Shown: positions 59,627-64,000 of the stretch, piece by piece
Numbering within the stretch: the stretch's first letter is position 1
Layout: each line of letters opens with the position of its first letter
From: an uncultured Gemmatimonadaceae bacterium
GTDB taxonomy: Bacteria; Gemmatimonadota; Gemmatimonadetes; Gemmatimonadales; Gemmatimonadaceae
NCBI GenBank assembly: GCA_963817955.1
Contig: CAWFQK010000004.1
Coordinates: forward strand, 1,312,001-1,376,000
Direction: 5' to 3'
DNA length: 64,000 nucleotides
Notes under the pieces: model-generated
The model's database searches: none
What the model saw: the letters and a program-made list of their open reading frames with translations, nothing else
What the model was told of the DNA's origin: nothing
Made by a program: the position numbers and the translations under genes

Positions 59627-61186
59627 TCAAGGTGCAATCAGCGCGGGTTGACTCGCAACGCCAGTGGCGCTGATCGCCGTGACGGCCACTTCGCTCGGGC
59701 CGGATGTGCCGATTGCCCCAGCGAGCAGATGCCCTTCGCCAGTCGGCGTCAACGAGGTGTTCCAGCGACCGTCGCGCCCCAGAGTTTGGACAAGCCACCA
59801 GCGAACGGGAACGGAATCTCCTGGGGTGATGCTCAGGGAGATTGGTTTGTCGCCGCTGACGACGGTCAGGAACGGCGGGGCGGGCACGGTGGCACCGAGC
59901 CACGGAAAGGACGGGACCATCGCGCGCTGCTGGTACATGGCCGACGCGAGACCCGCGCCAAGGCGATCGTTGTCGGCCAGCAGCGCGCTGAGGCGAAAGT
60001 GCACATGCCCTGGCGCGTCCGTGGTGCCGATACGCGAATCGCGAATCGATTCGATCTGCGTACGGATTGCGTCCGCGGGCCACGCATCGCGGCCGCCGTA
60101 GACGTGCGCCGTGTACAGGCCCGGCCACACATAGCGTCCAAGCGGATTCTCCGAGCGCCACCAGGCGTCGAGCACGCGGAATCGGTCCTCCACGCCGCCT
60201 ACCTCCCAGTAGAGCTGCGGCGTGATGTAATCGAGCCAGCCCTGCTCGAGCCAGCGCCGGGAGTCGGCGTAGATCTCGCTGAATGCGTCGAGCCCGGTGA
60301 TGCCGCGCGGCGTGCCGGAACGCCAGATGCCGAAGGGCGAGATGCCGACGAGCATCGCCGGCTTCTCGGCTTTCACACTTTTATAAAGTGATTGAATGAA
60401 CTGGTCGATGTTATCGCGCCGCCAGGCGTCGCGATTCGTAAAGCCCTCGGCCTTGCCGTACTTCTTCCAGGTCTTGTCGTCGGGGAATGGAATATCCTCG
60501 TGGACGCGCACACGCTTCCGGTGTACGCGCCGCGTGACCGTCCGCGACTCGCGATACGGATAGAAGTAGTCGTCGAGGTGGACGCCATCGATGTCATAGC
60601 GTTTCACGACATCGAGAATAGATGCAAGGACAAACTGGCGGGCCGCGGGGTCGCCTGGATCAATCCAGGTCTCCGACCCGTACTTGCGGATCCACTCCGG
60701 ATGACGCTTGGTGACGTGCGACGCCGCGGCCTTGCCGGCAAACACCGGCAGCATGGCGCGGAATGGATTGAACCAGGCGTGCAGTTGGAGCCCGCGCGCG
60801 TGCGCTTCGGTGACTGCGAACTCGAGCGGATCGTACGCCGGCGACGGTGCCACGCCAGACTTTCCGGAGAGATACACCGACCAGGGCGCGTACGTCGTCG
60901 GATACATTGCATCGCCGGCGAGGCGAACGTGCAGGATGATGGTGTTCAATCCAATCGCCGTCGCCTGATCGAAGAGCACGCGCAACTCGGCGCGTTGCGA
61001 GTCGGGCGACAACCCCGGGGCCGATGGCCAGTCCTTGAAGCCGCGGTCCCAGATGGGCGTGACCCACGCGGCGCGAAATTCACGGGGCACCGGTGGCGGC
61101 GGCAACAGAGGCACCCGCGCCGGCGGCTTTGGTGTGCCGTTGGTGCCGAAGGCGATGGCGAGAGCAAAGAGGGGCAAGAAACGCAT
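59627..61186 (-). CDS. GHL10/DUF187 glycoside hydrolase (YddW/DigH-like)
   Basis: REFRAAWV, YDPL...HAWFNPFR, DGVHLDDYFYPY, GISPFGIW and DYITPQLYW motifs. Confidence 0.9.
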   Translation of the reverse strand: MRFLPLFALAIAFGTNGTPKPPARVPLLPPPPVPREFRAAWVTPIWDRGFKDWPSAPGLSPDSQRAELRVLFDQATAIGLNTIILHVRLAGDAMYPTTYAPWSVYLSGKSGVAPSPAYDPLEFAVTEAHARGLQLHAWFNPFRAMLPVFAGKAAASHVTKRHPEWIRKYGSETWIDPGDPAARQFVLASILDVVKRYDIDGVHLDDYFYPYRESRTVTRRVHRKRVRVHEDIPFPDDKTWKKYGKAEGFTNRDAWRRDNIDQFIQSLYKSVKAEKPAMLVGISPFGIWRSGTPRGITGLDAFSEIYADSRRWLEQGWLDYITPQLYWEVGGVEDRFRVLDAWWRSENPLGRYVWPGLYTAHVYGGRDAWPADAIRTQIESIRDSRIGTTDAPGHVHFRLSALLADNDRLGAGLASAMYQQRAMVPSFPWLGATVPAPPFLTVVSGDKPISLSITPGDSVPVRWWLVQTLGRDGRWNTSLTPTGEGHLLAGAIGTSGPSEVAVTAISATGVASQPALIAP

Positions 61187-61551
61187 GCGATGATCGATGA
61201 GGCGATGGGCGACGGCTGCGGCGCGCGCGTCTGTATCGAATATACGCCCGCGTAACGGTCGGTGATCCACGTCACGTCGCCCGCCTGCCCGTCACCTCAT
61301 GGCACGAAGACTGCTTTACGAATGGCCGGCGACACCGCGAAAGGGAGAGCCGCGCAAGCGGTTGAAGGTGGGGCGCGGGTCGCCAGGTGGGGGGAGAGGA
61401 TGAGCTACGGGCAGCGGCGTGAGCCGCTGCCCGTAGTTTCATGGCAGCCGGCCTCGGCAAGGCAGCCACAGCCGTGGGCCCACGAGTTTCGGTGGTGGCG
61501 TTGGCGGTCGAACGGTCCCAGCGGCCAGACTCTATCGCGGATATTCCCGAC

Positions 61552-62565
61552 ATGTCCCAGCCGCCACTCATTCCGCTTGCGCATCTCACGGCCCTCCCCG
61601 ATCCGGAGCGCCGGTTCCGGTTGATGGAAATCGTGCGGCGGCGGTTGCGCGAACGTCGATACAGTCGCCGGACTGAGGAAGCCTACGTCCATTGGATCCG
61701 TCGATACATCATCTATAACGAGAGGCGCCATCCGCGGGATCTCGGGGAAACGGAGGTTCGACGCTTTCTCTCTTCTCTCGCGACCGAGGAGCGTGTCGCG
61801 GCATCCACGCAGAACCAGGCTCTTTCGGCCGTGACGTTTCTGTACGACCGCGTGCTCGAGCGACCGCTGACGCGCATCGAGGGCATTCAGCCGGCGCGGC
61901 GATCCCGGCATGTGCCCGTCGTGATGAGCGTGGCCGAGGTCCGCGCGATCCTGACGAAGCTCGAGACTCCGGTGCGACTCTGCGCCGCTATCATGTATGG
62001 AAGCGGCCTCCGGCTCATGGAGTGCATGACGCTGCGGGTCAAGGATGTGGACCTCGATCGTCGAGAGATCGTCGTGCGGGATGGGAAAGGTGGCAAGGAT
62101 CGCCGCACGCCGCTGGCGGAACGCTGCGTGGCACCGCTCATCCGGCTATTGGCCGCGGAGCAGGATTGCTTTCGACGCGACACCCGCGCTGGGGTGCGCA
62201 CCACCGACCTGCCGGCTGCGGTCTCGAGAAAGTATCCGAACGCCGAGGCGGAGTATCGGTGGCGGTATCTCTTTGCCGCTTCCCGTACCTTCACCGACGC
62301 CAACGGCGTCCGCCGGCGTCATCACCTGCACGAAAGCGCCGTGCAGCGTGCGTTCAAGAACGCAGTGACTGCGGCGGGGATCACCAAGCGCGCGACCTGT
62401 CATTCGCTTCGTCATTCCTTCGCCACCCACCTGCTCGAATCCGGCGCTGACATCCGGACAGTGCAGGAGTTGCTTGGCCACAGCGATCTGCGCACGACGA
62501 TGATCTACACGCCTGTCCTCAATCGCGGCGGCTTGGGCGTACGCAGTCCGGCGGATGCGCTGTAG
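61552..62565 (+). CDS. intI: Integron integrase (tyrosine recombinase)
   Basis: [32 protein letters not shown], the integron-specific RKYPNA..WRYLF..RRHHL insertion, and [21 protein letters not shown]. Confidence 0.95.
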   Translation: MSQPPLIPLAHLTALPDPERRFRLMEIVRRRLRERRYSRRTEEAYVHWIRRYIIYNERRHPRDLGETEVRRFLSSLATEERVAASTQNQALSAVTFLYDRVLERPLTRIEGIQPARRSRHVPVVMSVAEVRAILTKLETPVRLCAAIMYGSGLRLMECMTLRVKDVDLDRREIVVRDGKGGKDRRTPLAERCVAPLIRLLAAEQDCFRRDTRAGVRTTDLPAAVSRKYPNAEAEYRWRYLFAASRTFTDANGVRRRHHLHESAVQRAFKNAVTAAGITKRATCHSLRHSFATHLLESGADIRTVQELLGHSDLRTTMIYTPVLNRGGLGVRSPADAL

Positions 62566-62746
62566 GGGACTGTGCCCATCCTGAGCCTGCTCATGAGTTT
62601 TCTGTCCGTTTCTGCGTGTTACGCCGCGACCGCACGCAGCATAGCGACGGAGGTGCCGTTGGCTATCGAGGGGCAAGCGGTTGGGGCTGCGCAACATCCA
62701 ATGTGCAACCTCATATGTCGCCGTTGCTACGCCGCAAGCGTCGCGG

Positions 62747-62775
62747 TTGTCTTGTGCGCTTCTGCAGCGTATAGT
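62747..62775 (+). promoter_or_regulatory. Putative cassette promoter Pc
   Basis: TTGTCT-N17-TATAGT pointing into the cassette array. Confidence 0.55.
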
Positions 62776-62797
62776 GACCACCTACTTGGTGTTGGGC
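62776..62797 (+). other. Putative attI site (core GTTGGGC at 62791-62797)
   Basis: A GTTRRRY core after the putative Pc and immediately before the array. Confidence 0.55.
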
Positions 62798-63362
62798 CGA
62801 CTGTTGGAATACGAGTGAATCGCCAGCAATCGGTTACGCGGCTGCGACGATCGTGATCTGAGCGACGCCTGTCATCCTGAGCGACGGCCTGTCATCCTGA
62901 GCGAAAGCGAAGGATCTCTGTGACCGATAGACCAGCTTTTTAACGCAGCGGACGCAGAGAACTGCAGGAGGTCGCAGAGAACTGCAAGAGAACTGCAGAG
63001 AACCGTGAAGGATTGTCTCGCCTGGAAGGCTTGGATGATGCCGTCGTGAGGCTCCGATGGTATCGCTCAGGTCGGGATCATCAACGATATGGGCGGAATG
63101 ATTGTGGACTCGGCAAGCACGGTTCATTCCACCGATACGCGCTTCCCTCTTCCGTACGCTTCCAGTTCTCTCTTACAGTTCTCTGCAGCATTCTTTTGCA
63201 GTTCTCTTTTGCAGTTTTCTGTTGCAGTTCTCTGCAGTTCTCTGCAGTTCTCTTGCAGTTCTCTGCGTCCTCTGCGTTCAAAAGCTGTTGCGCCGTTTGC
63301 GTTTAAAGGCCGTCCGGCCCTCGAAGTGATCGGACTCCTGTTCAGCTATTTCAACAGTCTGT
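62796..63362. mobile_element. MITE-like modular element, copy E, at the attI/cassette-1 junction
   Basis: Near-identical to copy B with 2x 20-mer. Left TIR GCCGACTGTTGGAATA; right TIR TATTTCAACAGTCTGT overlaps GTTAGGC. Confidence 0.85.
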
Positions 63363-63388
63363 TAGGCGCACCATCGAGCACCTCTATC

Positions 63389-63709
63389 GTGAAACTCTCC
63401 CACATCGCCAGCGGTTTCAGTCTTAGTGCGCGCATCCTTCAAGGAGCCGGGATTTGCCTCGTCTGGACGGCATTCAATCTCGTCACACGCGGCGGCCGCG
63501 ACTTTTTTTCGGGCGGGATTTTTACGGCAACACTCATGCTTCTTGGTATGACGTTCAGCCTGGGCGGCGTCGCGGGAGCGACCTATTACTACACGGAGGG
63601 TTGGCGCCTCCGCGGTGGAGGGTGGCGAACGCTGGCAAACGTTACCTCCCTTTTGGTTCCGGCCCTGCTGTTCTTTGTCGTACTTGGCGTGATGAGTACT
63701 CACGAATAG
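63389..63709 (+). CDS. Integron gene cassette: hypothetical 3-TM membrane protein (106 aa)
   Basis: ORF between GTTAGGC (63361) and the attC; lower GC than the chromosome. Confidence 0.7.
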   Translation: MKLSHIASGFSLSARILQGAGICLVWTAFNLVTRGGRDFFSGGIFTATLMLLGMTFSLGGVAGATYYYTEGWRLRGGGWRTLANVTSLLVPALLFFVVLGVMSTHE

Positions 63710-63724
63710 ATCTGTATCCGGGGA

Positions 63725-63819
63725 GCCTAACACACGCTGAACCTGACAGCCGATTTGTTGTGTGCTCGCTGCGCTCGCCCTTATTTGACTCGGCTGCAGG
63801 TTAGCTGACCGCGTTAGGC
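63725..63819 (+). other. attC site (95 bp)
   Basis: R'' GCCTAAC (63725) and R' GTTAGGC (63813); L boxes GCTGAACCTGACAGCC / GGCTGCAGGTTAGC pair with extrahelical bases. Confidence 0.92.
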
Positions 63820-64000
63820 CGCGCCAAGCATCGTGATTAGCAATTGCTAGTCGCCCGCGAGCATCTTTAATTTCGGGCACCTCAGTCCGCGAAGCTCCGG
63901 ACCAGGTTTCGGGCACCCTTTCATTGATTGGACCTAGACCGGCGCCGCCTCCCAAAGGACATCGACCGGAACATTTGGATTCCATGCGAGCTCTGCCGTT
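63814..64000 (+). other. Start of the next integron cassette (truncated)
   Basis: Follows the attC crossover; a possible ATG near 63984 runs off the window. Confidence 0.55.

Noticed and set aside
59592..60161. N-terminal extension of the 1278-aa ORF
   Set aside because: It overlaps the GHL10 gene. The signal peptide indicates the real start is near 59591.
63347..63367. Canonical attC at the right end of copy E
   Set aside because: AAC and GTT are only 5 nt apart, with no L boxes or proper RYYYAAC. At most this is a secondary site.
63089..63388. 206-aa fusion ORF from the element core into the cassette gene
   Set aside because: The upstream part is repeat-derived. The cassette gene most plausibly starts at GTG 63389, although readthrough fusion cannot be fully excluded.
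1..64000. tRNA, rRNA, prophage or intact transposase genes
   Set aside because: None recognised by eye.

Overview
High-GC bacterial chromosomal window. Gene content and style suggest Gemmatimonadota, but this is inference only. From left to right: (i) a type IVa pilus locus (pilO/N/M, three minor pilins, a major pilin with a sigma-54 promoter, three glycosyltransferases including a TMTC-like GT-C/TPR protein, and pilR/pilS); (ii) housekeeping, envelope and peptidase genes (arfB, an Omp85-family fusion, lytic transglycosylases, S9/S41/M28 peptidases, a diguanylate cyclase, RidA plus a PLP enzyme, a TetR-TolC-HlyD-DHA2 efflux operon, MATE, PnuC/NadR-like, Sua5, a porin and phosphoesterase, infA, and a TPP riboswitch with a TonB-dependent receptor); (iii) a decayed accessory patch (orphan RelB, a secreted protein with an in-frame TGA, a lone GspE/PilB ATPase); (iv) an integron whose cassettes lie downstream of the integrase 3' end. 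The most unusual structure is a family of five modular, non-coding 340-610 bp elements. They combine 16-bp terminal inverted repeats, a variable 20-bp tandem module and long inverted GCAGAGAACT arms. Their central core carries fragments resembling the N- or C-terminus of a GxxExxY (PD-(D/E)xK-like) protein, and the core occurs in both orientations. One copy sits exactly in the integron attI crossover, as the first 'cassette'.
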